Positions 17,928 through 27,244 of a DNA stretch of 64,000 bases are shown one piece after another. Made by a program: the position numbers and the translations under genes. Below the pieces are notes generated by a model. The model ran no database searches. It worked only from the letters and a program-made list of their open reading frames with translations, and had not been told where the DNA came from. Source of the stretch: a virus (Duplodnaviria > Caudoviricetes); the IMG/VR virus record IMGVR_UViG_3300029288_003134, positions 1-64,000 of that record; one strand, written 5' to 3'. Within the stretch, counting starts at the first letter, position 1. Every line of letters starts with the position of its first letter.

Positions 17928-18851
17928 TTAAAGAACTGCCGCGCTTTCTTCCTCCGCCTTTTCCGTGGCGGCGATCTCTTCAAACTTAATGCCCAGCATA
18001 TAGTCAACTGCCCGCTGTGCCCTCGCGCTTGCCATAACAACCATTTTTTCATCATTACGCAAGGCCTGAATCCAGCTGTTAATGTAAGCCTGGGAATTGT
18101 CCAGCGTTTTATTATCAATCCCGGTTAAGGTACACAAGAACGCCGTCCCGATCTCTGCCGTCAATTCTTCTTTGCTGTAATTGTGCCCGCCAAAACCGTC
18201 ATGCTGTGCCAGCTCTTCCCGGTCAAGTCTTTTCTCGTGCCCGGTACTGTGAACAAGTTCATGGAAAAGAGTGCTGTAATATTCCTCCTCGCTGATAAAA
18301 GCCCGCTGTTCCGGCATGGTTACGGCGTCCCGGCTGGGAGAATAACAAGCCCGCGCTAAGCCGCTGTGATTGATCTGGGGCCTGGTGGCGTACCCGCTGA
18401 CGATCTTTTCGCATTGTTCGATTTTCTGAAACTCGGTTAAGGCCTGGGTGTTACTGTCGTATTTAAGGCCCTCGGTCTGTTCGATATTGAAAACCCGATA
18501 ATATTTCAATAACGCAATCTTGCGAACTTTGGGCTTTCCGTCCGGCCCGATCTCTTCCGTCTTTCTGTGCAGAAAATTCCAATAAATAACCAGCTGACTT
18601 TGTGCCCCTTTCTTGACCTTCCCGCCCTTATTGCTGACCTGTTTGAACGTCAAATAATAAGGCTGTGTATAACCCCTTTCCTGCATGTCCAGCCACAAAA
18701 GCAGGGCGTTAATTCCCCGGTAAGGTTTTTTGCTGATGAAGTTTACCGGATGCCCTCCGCCTTTCCAAGGCTTCTGCCAAGGAATAGCCCCTTTTTGCAA
18801 TCCCTCAATGATCTTATTGGTTACTGTCTGGTAAAGGTCTTTGTTTGTCAC
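17928..18851 (-). CDS. ardC: ArdC-family anti-restriction ssDNA-binding protein with zincin domain
   Basis: IPWQKPW, YRGIN, LTFKQ, VFNIEQ, FHELVHSTGH, YSKEELTAE. Confidence 0.93.
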   Translation of the reverse strand: MTNKDLYQTVTNKIIEGLQKGAIPWQKPWKGGGHPVNFISKKPYRGINALLLWLDMQERGYTQPYYLTFKQVSNKGGKVKKGAQSQLVIYWNFLHRKTEEIGPDGKPKVRKIALLKYYRVFNIEQTEGLKYDSNTQALTEFQKIEQCEKIVSGYATRPQINHSGLARACYSPSRDAVTMPEQRAFISEEEYYSTLFHELVHSTGHEKRLDREELAQHDGFGGHNYSKEELTAEIGTAFLCTLTGIDNKTLDNSQAYINSWIQALRNDEKMVVMASARAQRAVDYMLGIKFEEIAATEKAEEESAAVL

Positions 18852-18885
18852 GTTTTCAGCCTCCCGGTTTTTTGATCTGTTGAAA

Positions 18886-19410
18886 TTATTTTGAATTTCT
18901 AACCCCGTTCATAAAGTCGGCAAGTCTCTGCGCCTGTTCCCATGTGTCGCAATTTGCATATATTTCAGCGTCCGCCCTTTCACCCTTGGCCTTGCATTTA
19001 TAAACCATGGAATCATCCGCCTCAAAAAAGGCCTGGCTAAATTTTGGATGCTGATATAAAACTTTCTTGCTGTCTGTTCTGATAATTTTAACGATGCAGT
19101 GATCTAACAGACCGCCACCGCCGAAACTGTTAGAATTTTTCACAAGTAAAGGAATCGCCACGCCGCCCGTTGATCTTCCAATATAGCCAATAGTATCATT
19201 TTCCTCATCCCAACTTCTGCCATTTTCACCGAACCAAACCCGAACCCGAATATTATGCTCCCGGCAATGTTCCAGAATATTAACAACCGCCTCCGGCGTT
19301 TCTGCATGGTAGCAAGTTCCCGAGTCAATTCTTTTATACTCGATCTTGTGGCCGTTATTTCCGGCTATTGTAAAAATATCCATTGTCATAGCCTCCTTAA
19401 AGTTCAACAA
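18886..19410 (-). CDS. conserved hypothetical protein
   Basis: GYIGRSTG...GGGGLLDHCIVKI; start probably MTMDIF. Confidence 0.65.
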   Translation of the reverse strand: MLNFKEAMTMDIFTIAGNNGHKIEYKRIDSGTCYHAETPEAVVNILEHCREHNIRVRVWFGENGRSWDEENDTIGYIGRSTGGVAIPLLVKNSNSFGGGGLLDHCIVKIIRTDSKKVLYQHPKFSQAFFEADDSMVYKCKAKGERADAEIYANCDTWEQAQRLADFMNGVRNSK

Positions 19411-19690
19411 TTTTTAAAATTTTCCCGCAAATACTGGCCCTTAACGCTGTCTTATTGGGAGCAAAAATTTCATGCCATTGGTCATATTGCTTAAATACAT
19501 ACCGCTTCAGATAAGGCCTAAAATTGAAGGCCCAGCCGTTTTCTTTATAAACTCCCGACTTGTGCAAATTGTTGAGACCAAAAGAAAACTTACTGTTATA
19601 TTTTTTAGTCAAAAAAGCTTCTGGCTCCAGGCCCTCCAGAATATCCGGCGGGTTTGACGTGGCACAAGAAGAAAATTTTACGCTGTCCAT
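19397..19690 (-). CDS. hypothetical protein
   Basis: ORF with GGGAGGG RBS. Confidence 0.6.
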   Translation of the reverse strand: MDSVKFSSCATSNPPDILEGLEPEAFLTKKYNSKFSFGLNNLHKSGVYKENGWAFNFRPYLKRYVFKQYDQWHEIFAPNKTALRASICGKILKIVEL

Positions 19691-19716
19691 TATTGAGGCC
19701 CTCCCAGGCCTAGCCT

Positions 19717-19911
19717 TTACTGTTTGCCGAGATTCACAAAACCATCCCGTAAGTATTCCAAGGCCTTGATCTTGTCGGCGTTTTGCTGTACTGTCTCGAA
19801 AATACTAACGCCCGCCTTGAGCTTTTTTAACGTGGCCCTGCGGTATTTCTCAGCCCGTGGCCGGAACATTTTCACCCAAAATTCAAACTGGTCTTTTTCT
19901 GTTGCAATCAT
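19717..19911 (-). CDS. hypothetical protein
   Basis: ORF with GGAGG RBS. Confidence 0.55.
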   Translation of the reverse strand: MIATEKDQFEFWVKMFRPRAEKYRRATLKKLKAGVSIFETVQQNADKIKALEYLRDGFVNLGKQ

Positions 19912-19950
19912 TTTTTAAGGCCTCCGCTTTATCTATATTACTGGTATTAT

Positions 19951-20346
19951 TTACGCCATGGCCGCATTTTTTGCCTGTTTTAAAATGTCCTGGTCAACGT
20001 CCGCCACCGTCCAGCCTAACGCCTCAAGCGCGGGGTGAATATCCCCGGTTATAATGTACTCGTGATTTTGTAGCTCATACGTTAAAGCGGCCAGCTGTTC
20101 TTTCCTGTCCTGTTTTAACTTTTTCATCTCTGCGGCGTGATTCTCAAACATGGTCTTGAATGCTTGGGAACGATCTTTAAGAATAAAACCGCCTCCGGCC
20201 AGTCTGTAAATTTTGCTCGTTTCTGTTACTTGAAGGCCGACTTTTTCCATCCCTTCTTTGAATTGCTCGTTATTGAATGCAAAAAAGATGCCCTCGAACC
20301 TGTCCAATTCTTCCCGCTGTTTTTGTTTTAATTCTTGATAGGTCAT
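19951..20346 (-). CDS. conserved hypothetical protein of mobile elements
   Basis: FFAFNNEQFKEGM...YELQNHEY. Confidence 0.7.
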   Translation of the reverse strand: MTYQELKQKQREELDRFEGIFFAFNNEQFKEGMEKVGLQVTETSKIYRLAGGGFILKDRSQAFKTMFENHAAEMKKLKQDRKEQLAALTYELQNHEYIITGDIHPALEALGWTVADVDQDILKQAKNAAMA

Positions 20347-20605
20347 TTTTTAGCCCTCCGGCTGGTCTGCTGGTACTATTCTTTAATGTATCAAATAATC
20401 CACAAAACGCCCATCTTTTAAATTTAAGATAATATGCCCATGATCTGATTCTTGCGCGGTAGCAATTTCTTTTTCTTCAACGGTACGATCAAAAAGGTCT
20501 GCTGTACTGGCTGAGTCTGTTTCATAACCGGACGTTAAAGAAATCCTTGCCAGTTTTAAAATCGCCCGCCTTACTGAAATTTGTTTTGTTGAGTAGCCCA
20601 TAATT

Positions 20606-20869
20606 TTAACCTTTCATAATAATATTATCGTAATTATACTTTATAAATAAAAGTCTCTGCGCCTTGTCCGGGATGGTTTTAACATATTTTATAGGAATAT
20701 TTTTAAAAGCCTCTAACCATAAGCAATATTGCTTTTGTATATTATGACTGTCAACGCAAAATTTGGCTTCCTTGAAAGTTTCCCCATAAGTAAACATTAC
20801 CGCTCGAATTTCCCGTTGATAATACTGCTTAAATGTTAGCGGTTTTAAGTCTACTGTTTTTTCAGCCAT
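20606..20869 (-). CDS. hypothetical protein
   Basis: ORF within the operon. Confidence 0.5.
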   Translation of the reverse strand: MAEKTVDLKPLTFKQYYQREIRAVMFTYGETFKEAKFCVDSHNIQKQYCLWLEAFKNIPIKYVKTIPDKAQRLLFIKYNYDNIIMKG

Positions 20870-21555
20870 TTTTAAGCCCTTTCTTTAACCGTCTTTGCTG
20901 TATCCATAGCCTATTTTTTAAAATCTTTTCCCATTGTTTTTTTGTAACTGTGCAATAAATTTTTTTATATCCGTCCATCCTCTAGGCCTCCAAAGTTTTG
21001 TTGTCTGCCGTGTCGCTGAATGAATGAAGTATAACACGAAAATCCCAAAATGGCAAGGCCTCCAGAAAATTTTCCCAGGCTTTTTATACCAGCCGAAAAG
21101 AACACCCTGCCCAGAAAAAACGTGTGCATCCGTGCCGCTCAAACGGTCAAACTAGGTCTTGGATATTCCCTTCAAGATTGCCGCCTTGCTCCCGCTTTTT
21201 AAAACTGAATAGAAGAAGTCAAAAACTTGATAGAATGTCAAAGAAATTTTATCGAATGCCGCCGAAAATTAAAACCCAAATAGACCCGGAAAACCCCACA
21301 AGTACAGACTCAAATTTATTTCAGAAAAAGGAAAAGAGTTTAGCAATAAAACACAGAGCAGAGAGAAAAGAAAAGCTGGAGAATCTCCCAAGTATAACAG
21401 GGGATAATTTAACCAATAACAGCAGAGGGAACAGAGCGGAACAGGTACAGCCGGGAAAGGGAAATATGGCCGGGCGCACATCTGACCGTTACTGTTACTT
21501 CTGTACCTATCTAAAACTGCAAAAAGACCTGCCGCATACAGCATATAAGTATATA

Positions 21556-21575
21556 TACTGTATATAGTTACAGTA
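21556..21575. promoter_or_regulatory. palindromic operator resembling an SOS (LexA) box
   Basis: TACTGTATATAGTTACAGTA, 18/20 match to the E. coli-type consensus. Confidence 0.4.
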
Positions 21576-22089
21576 TTATTATACTCTTATTATATTATTC
21601 TGCTGGGATAAATTCTCCGCACTCCGGCACATAGGAAAAAGAATTGTCTCGCTGTTCCTGGGTGTATTTATCCGCTCTAAATGTATCACATACCCAGCCA
21701 TAAAAATTTGACCATAGCTTTTTGCTTTCTTTGTGCTGTATAAAGTAGGTCATTTTTAGGTATTCCTCCGGGTTTTATACTGCCTGTTGTGGTGGTGTAC
21801 TTAGTGCCTTTACTGTGCATATATACAAGATATTGTGGTTTTATCGACTCTGCACTTGTTTTTTCGGGGTTTCTTTCTGAACCTTTAAAAAGTATTCCTT
21901 TTCTTCCGCATTAAAATAACATTTACTGGTATATAATTTAGCCTCCCGCAGACGTGCCCAGTCTCTATTTTCTGTTGCTGTAATTTCTTCTTTGGCGCAG
22001 TATTCTACCAAGTCTTTTCTCATAGTTAGGCCCTCCCGGTTTTTGCCTGTTTTTCTGGTCTGTTGTGGCCGTGGCTGAATGATCTGGGC

Positions 22090-22506
22090 TTAGTTGACTA
22101 GATGCCCATTATCCCCAAAACTGTAATAAGAATCCCCAATAATAATGTGATCTAAGAGGGTAATGTTAAGCAGTTTTCCGCCCTCTTTTAGTTCCCGAGT
22201 GAATTGCCTATCCTCTGGGCTTGGTGTAATGTTTCCGCTGGGATGGTTATGTGAAACGATAATTGAAACGGCATTCTTTACGATTGCCAGGCGAAAAACT
22301 TCCCGGCCAATAGGATGACAAAAGTTTACCGAACCAATAGCTACAAGGTCAACGTATAACAGACGGTTTTGAGAATCCAGGCCCATAACATAAAAGCTTT
22401 CTTTATGCGCGTCCTCCTCTGGTCTGCTTTCAAAGATAGAGCGGAAAACCTTTGCCGCATCTGCCGCCGATTTTATCCCGATTTTTTCCTGATCTTTTAC
22501 TAACAT
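22090..22506 (-). CDS. radC: RadC-like JAB/MPN domain protein
   Basis: KESF, REVFRLAI, SHNHPSGNITPSPED, LLDHIII. Confidence 0.93.
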   Translation of the reverse strand: MLVKDQEKIGIKSAADAAKVFRSIFESRPEEDAHKESFYVMGLDSQNRLLYVDLVAIGSVNFCHPIGREVFRLAIVKNAVSIIVSHNHPSGNITPSPEDRQFTRELKEGGKLLNITLLDHIIIGDSYYSFGDNGHLVN

Positions 22507-23053
22507 ATTAAGCCCCTTTACTGTTAATATTAAAGATCATTTAGCCAGTTGAGTTCCTCGGCTTCTTTCCGTGCGGTCTCCGGGTTTTCCGTGTCCAGCA
22601 TAACCTGCCCGGTTATTGTATCAATTACGACGTGCGACTTTTGTTTTTTGTTTTCGATAACGGTGAATCTTTTCATATTTTTTTCCCTTTCTGTTGTGTT
22701 AAGTTATACTTATTAAGTTCATCTTTAAGAATCATATAACCCGCCTGGCCTCTCGATATATCGCCAAGTTGAACCATAGCGTCCAGCCAATAGCGGGAAC
22801 CGTTGAAAGCTTTTTGTATCTGTTCCGCTTCTTCAATACTTAATTTGTTCTTAATAGTAACCATTAAAAGGCCCTCACTTTCTCGGTATGATTCATATTT
22901 AATTCATTTCTAAGACTTTCAAAGTGATAATATAATATAAGGTCTGTTCCTTTTTTCTCGATCATGTCAATCAAAAGGTCGGCTGTCTCGTTTTCCGTTC
23001 TCTGCCTTGTCTCTAGTGCCGTGGTCATTGTCTTAGCCTCCCTTTCTGGCTGA

Positions 23054-23083
23054 AGTATTGCACATTCTCCCGGCTGTTGTCAA
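23054..23083 (-). promoter_or_regulatory. probable sigma70 promoter heading the early region
   Basis: TTGACA-18-AATACT with upstream TGTG. Confidence 0.5.
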
Positions 23084-24013
23084 GGTCTGCAAAAACTTTT
23101 TTCACCGTCGAGGAATTAACAACACCGCAAAGAATTTTTTCGCAATGTTTCAACAGTTCCCAGCCTCTAAGCAGGATAGAACAAACAGGACAGAAAGAAC
23201 CCGCCAAGATAGGACAGACAAGAAAGACTTTGCCCAGCTGTACCCATAATAGAACAGGAAAGAAACTGCTCTAGTAACTATTAAATGAATTCAATAATAG
23301 ATAAAGAATCATCAAGTGTATTACAGTTACAGTGCAGTATAGTCACTGCTTACATGAACGCTTTTATCAGTAACAGGACAGCTCAGTTATCTGTTAATGG
23401 TAATAGTATAAGTGATAGTAACAGATAATCTAGTATAAAATCAATATTAGTAATGAGATATAGAATCATTAAAAGAGTAGAAGAAAAGAAAGTAAATAAC
23501 CAAGCGAGAGATATAATACAGTTACGGGTAGAGAAGTATAAGACTTGCTCGTGAGAGTATCATTTCCAAGCACTCGTTTACGCTCACAATGATTTCCGGT
23601 TTTGAAAACCGTACCAAACTGAAAACCCGAACAGCCTGCCTGAGCCCAGCCAGAGCTGAAAAAGACCGGGAATCCCGGTAAACCGGGCCCAAAGCAGGGC
23701 AGCACGGAAAGAACGGCTAAAGCCAATCTTCCTTACATGCCCTGAACAAACCAGTGGCCCCCGCTGTAACAGTTCTGAGCTTTCCTCCTGCTCTGGTTTC
23801 GACAAGTGGAAAATTTCCCGGCAAAATTTTTTACGATCTCAGAGCCTTTTCAAATCCAGGGCCAAAGAGCCTGCTGCCAAAGCGCATGCGGAGGCAGGAG
23901 ATATTTGAGCCGGGCGATACCGCTTTTAGCGGTATCAGAAGGGGCTCCGTAGGTGTATGCAAACTATACAGTTTTAGATAAAAAAATATTCAATTTAGGG
24001 CCTAAAAACAGTC

Positions 24014-24041
24014 AAATCGGTACGCCCTTAATTGTATTTAA
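24014..24041 (+). promoter_or_regulatory. putative phage late promoter, copy 1
   Basis: AAATCGGTACGCCCTTAATTGTATTTAA. Confidence 0.7.
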
Positions 24042-24044
24042 CTA

Positions 24045-24344
24045 ATGGAGACCCAGAATATGTCAAAGATGAAAACTGACACCTTGGCGAAAGAGTACCA
24101 GGCCTTGATCTATGGCCTCTTCCAAGAGAAGCTTTTCTCCTTAGACGGCGTGCAGATGGATGACGCGCAGGGGATTCCTGAGACATACATTCCTAAGTCT
24201 ATAATGATGGATAAGGTAGTCGAATTGTTAAATGAGCTCGGTAGGGCTATTGCCACCGACAGGAGGCTCTCAGATGAAATTGACCCAGGAGAGAATGACC
24301 CGGTATCTGAAGAAGCAGAAACAGGTGAACAGTTACCTGCTTAA
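24045..24344 (+). CDS. hypothetical protein, first gene of the late block
   Basis: ORF directly after the repeated motif. Confidence 0.6.
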   Translation: METQNMSKMKTDTLAKEYQALIYGLFQEKLFSLDGVQMDDAQGIPETYIPKSIMMDKVVELLNELGRAIATDRRLSDEIDPGENDPVSEEAETGEQLPA

Positions 24345-24482
24345 AGTGACCACGCAAGATCGTGACCAGATTCTTCAGCTTTCCAGGATTCGGTACAAAT
24401 TGTTAGAGGCGGAGAAAGAACTCAGGGAACTCCTGCTGTCCTTGGAACCTTCCGCGAAATAACCTTGTTGAGGAGACTATAG

Positions 24483-24803
24483 ATGTCTGAATCTATCTTT
24501 TTAGTAAAGAATGGTTTGGCTTTTCCGGTTGAGCGTTTGGGTTTTATCCAGAGACCTTTTTCTTTCAAAATTGCCGAGACTCGCTTAGGCTACCCCAATG
24601 AGTTTTTAATCCGGGATGGGGAACAGCCGATTTATTTCAAGCGCATGAGAATGCGTATGAAGGGTGGGCAAGTTCAGGAACGATTTATTCATCGAATTTG
24701 TGTTGGGGTTCGCAGGCCGGATGGCTCCATGGAAAAGCATTGGATAAACCCGGATGGCTCATACGATTGCCCGAACTTAGAGCCAGACTTAAAGACCCCG
24801 TAA
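24483..24803 (+). CDS. hypothetical protein
   Basis: GAGGAG RBS. Confidence 0.65.
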   Translation: MSESIFLVKNGLAFPVERLGFIQRPFSFKIAETRLGYPNEFLIRDGEQPIYFKRMRMRMKGGQVQERFIHRICVGVRRPDGSMEKHWINPDGSYDCPNLEPDLKTP

Positions 24804-24813
24804 GGAGCTAATA

Positions 24814-25314
24814 ATGGCTGGAGTTCTCACGATAGTTCAAGATTCTGGTTATAGTTCTGGAGGTTATTTTTTAGAGGTTGGAAAAAATATTAGCTCCTTT
24901 GTTACTATTGATAATGCTACTGCAAATAAAGTAGATTATCCTCTACAAATTCCTGCAATGGGAACTACATACTCATACGAAGTTTGGATTAGATGCCGTT
25001 GTGACCTTGCGCCATATGTAAAAATGGAAAATTTTAAAGTATGGTATTCGTTAGGTATACCAACAGGGCATACTATTACAGTAAATTCAGACATAATTTC
25101 TGCTTACACACAGCCAGTAAATATCTTATCTACTAAGGGAACTCGTGTAGATTTTACCACAAAAAATTCTGAGGGTACCTCAATACCCCTAACTGGTATT
25201 TTAACAAATGTGGGTGATTACACAAGTTATCTTATTTTTCAATTACAGGTGGGTGCTTTAGCCACACTAGGTTCATTCTCTGTTGAATATATTTTACAAT
25301 GGGATGAGGAATAA
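24814..25314 (+). CDS. putative virion protein (beta-rich)
   Basis: AAGGAG RBS, Thr/Gly/aromatic-rich, late-block context. Confidence 0.6.
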   Translation: MAGVLTIVQDSGYSSGGYFLEVGKNISSFVTIDNATANKVDYPLQIPAMGTTYSYEVWIRCRCDLAPYVKMENFKVWYSLGIPTGHTITVNSDIISAYTQPVNILSTKGTRVDFTTKNSEGTSIPLTGILTNVGDYTSYLIFQLQVGALATLGSFSVEYILQWDEE

Positions 25315-25342
25315 TTTAAAATTTTTTATTGGAGACTTTATT

Positions 25343-25639
25343 ATGGAGCTTGATTCCGTGTTGAAGGTGGCGGCAGGTATAATTTCTTTATTGAATTTTG
25401 TCATTGTTATCGTGGTGGCGGTTGGTGGTTGGCTGGCTTTTAAAAAGATCACCACGAATGATCTGAAACATTTGGATGCGAAAGTGGACGCTTTAGCCGC
25501 TACGGTAGGAAAAACAAATGAGAGTGTTCTTTCTCTAAGTGAACATCTCGCGTATATTCGTGGAAAGTGTGATACGGCTACATGTGGTATTTCTAGGCGA
25601 TCTAGGAAAACTAAGACAACAAAAAATGTAAAAAAATAA
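25343..25639 (+). CDS. membrane protein, possibly holin-like
   Basis: N-terminal TM segment, coiled coil, basic C-terminus. Confidence 0.5.
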   Translation: MELDSVLKVAAGIISLLNFVIVIVVAVGGWLAFKKITTNDLKHLDAKVDALAATVGKTNESVLSLSEHLAYIRGKCDTATCGISRRSRKTKTTKNVKK

Positions 25640-25650
25640 CGGAGGATTTT

Positions 25651-25908
25651 ATGGGCCAAAAATATGCCACTGGTAGTATTACGGCGGGCCCAACACCTCA
25701 GTTTATTCACACAGGGTTTGACGTTTTGGGGTTTTCTTTTTATTCCTCTCTTGGTGATTATCAGATTCGTTTAAAAACTATTGATGGCTGGGGTGGTTGG
25801 ATAAAGTGCTTTAAAGATATTTCGATCTCTGAAAATTTTGAGTGTCTTGGCGTTGAGGTAAAATCTATAGCCTCTGTCACTGTAGAATATTTTATCAAAG
25901 GAATTTAA
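25651..25908 (+). CDS. small putative virion protein, similar to the N-terminus of fibre 45951
   Basis: TGFDVLGFSFYS..DGWG versus TGFDIIQWSIYS..SGWG. Confidence 0.6.
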   Translation: MGQKYATGSITAGPTPQFIHTGFDVLGFSFYSSLGDYQIRLKTIDGWGGWIKCFKDISISENFECLGVEVKSIASVTVEYFIKGI

Positions 25909-26044
25909 TATGTGGGTTGCAGTTGCCCGAGTGATAGAAAAGATCAGAGTGAAATTTATAGGATTATTCACTGGAGGCTATTTTTTGTCTGCTAATCAGA
26001 CGAAGCCTAACGGTGGTCATTTCCTATAGGAGAGCGAGGGTAAA

Positions 26045-26536
26045 ATGGAGATAGCAACAGTCAGTAAATTACGGAAGGTTGAGTACGCAGCTGTAGACTT
26101 TACCGCTGGTCTGAGTGATCTCTTGGTGGTTGTGAGAAAACCAGATGGTTCCACCATAACACCAGCTGTAACAGGGCAGGGTGGAGGAATTTACACATTC
26201 TCTTATACGCCTGATGTTACTGGTCTTTGGCAGGAAAAAATTACCTCGGCTGTAAATGGAGATGTGGCTTATCGGAATGTAAATGTAGAAGCTTACGATG
26301 TGTCTGATGTAAAAGCACAGACCGCTTCAATCGAAACAAAGGTTGATACGGTTGATGGCAAAGTAGACGCTGTTGACGGAAAAGTTACCACCGTGGATGG
26401 TAAGGTTGATGCGGTGGGTGCACAGGTAACAGCAGTTGATGGCAAAGTAGATGCGATTCAGGCCACAGCAGATTCTATTGAGGGGAAAGTTGACGCTATT
26501 AGCACGTCAGTAAAAACCGGAGGGTATTTCCTTTAA
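26045..26536 (+). CDS. putative virion protein: Ig-like domain plus heptad coiled coil
   Basis: KPDGS..GGGIYTFSYTPD..GLW; repeated VDGKVDA/T heptads. Confidence 0.7.
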   Translation: MEIATVSKLRKVEYAAVDFTAGLSDLLVVVRKPDGSTITPAVTGQGGGIYTFSYTPDVTGLWQEKITSAVNGDVAYRNVNVEAYDVSDVKAQTASIETKVDTVDGKVDAVDGKVTTVDGKVDAVGAQVTAVDGKVDAIQATADSIEGKVDAISTSVKTGGYFL

Positions 26537-26548
26537 TAGGAGGCTATC

Positions 26549-26797
26549 ATGGCTTGGATTAGACCCGCTTTTTCAATGAAGGGGTTCCAATCCGGGAAGA
26601 GCATCAATTTTAAAGTTTACGATAATTTGAATGCTTTAATTTATAATGGGCCCGCTTCAGAGTGGTTAAATACCGGAGTCTATTTTGTGCAGCTATCGGT
26701 TTCTTTCGCGTCTAATCGAACTTATTTAGTGATCGCAACTGATACGGAAGGAACTTGGAAAGCTGCTAGAATGTATTCAAGTAACGATCAGATTTAA
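26549..26797 (+). CDS. small putative virion protein
   Basis: AGGAGG RBS, TGVYFV beta motif. Confidence 0.55.
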   Translation: MAWIRPAFSMKGFQSGKSINFKVYDNLNALIYNGPASEWLNTGVYFVQLSVSFASNRTYLVIATDTEGTWKAARMYSSNDQI

Positions 26798-26808
26798 GGT
26801 TCGGTCAA

Positions 26809-26880
26809 TATAGGCTGGCTGAGCTGGACTGCGGGGGAGATCACAGCGGCCTATACCAATTTGGTCAAGCCCGCAGTTAG
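26809..26880 (+). ncRNA. candidate pseudoknotted RNA element
   Basis: TATAGGC/GCCTATA stem crossed by GACTGCGGG/CCCGCAGTT. Confidence 0.45.
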
Positions 26881-26902
26881 ATTTTTAAGAAAGGTAAATT
26901 TT

Positions 26903-27079
26903 ATGGACGTAAAAATCGGTGGTATTGGAAAACCAAAGTGCCCCACCTGTGGCGGAACCCGCTTGCTCAGAATACAACGAGCAGGGGTCTCAAAATTGGT
27001 GTGTCCTTGTGGATTTTCCCAAGAATTAAAAAAATATCCAACCAATTCTATTCAATCGGGTCAAATAGAGACCAGATAA
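26903..27079 (+). CDS. zinc-ribbon protein
   Basis: CPTCGG...CPCGF. Confidence 0.55.
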   Translation: MDVKIGGIGKPKCPTCGGTRLLRIQRAGVSKLVCPCGFSQELKKYPTNSIQSGQIETR

Positions 27080-27191
27080 TTACATAAATTGTTGAAATTG
27101 TTAGATTTGGTGCGTTTAAAAATCTGAGTATTTTTTACGAAAATTGGCAGCGACGGCCCATATTTTGTTAAAAATACCCCAAAAACACATC

Positions 27192-27219
27192 AAATCGGTA
27201 CGGTCTTAATTGTATTTAA
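27192..27219 (+). promoter_or_regulatory. putative phage late promoter, copy 2
   Basis: AAATCGGTACGGTCTTAATTGTATTTAA. Confidence 0.7.
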
Positions 27220-27244
27220 TAGTAGAACTCAAGGAGGATTTAAT

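Noticed and set aside
21300-23600. CRISPR array in the low-complexity non-coding tracts
   Set aside because: Only short ACAG-type words recur; there are no constant 25-40 bp repeats with regular spacers
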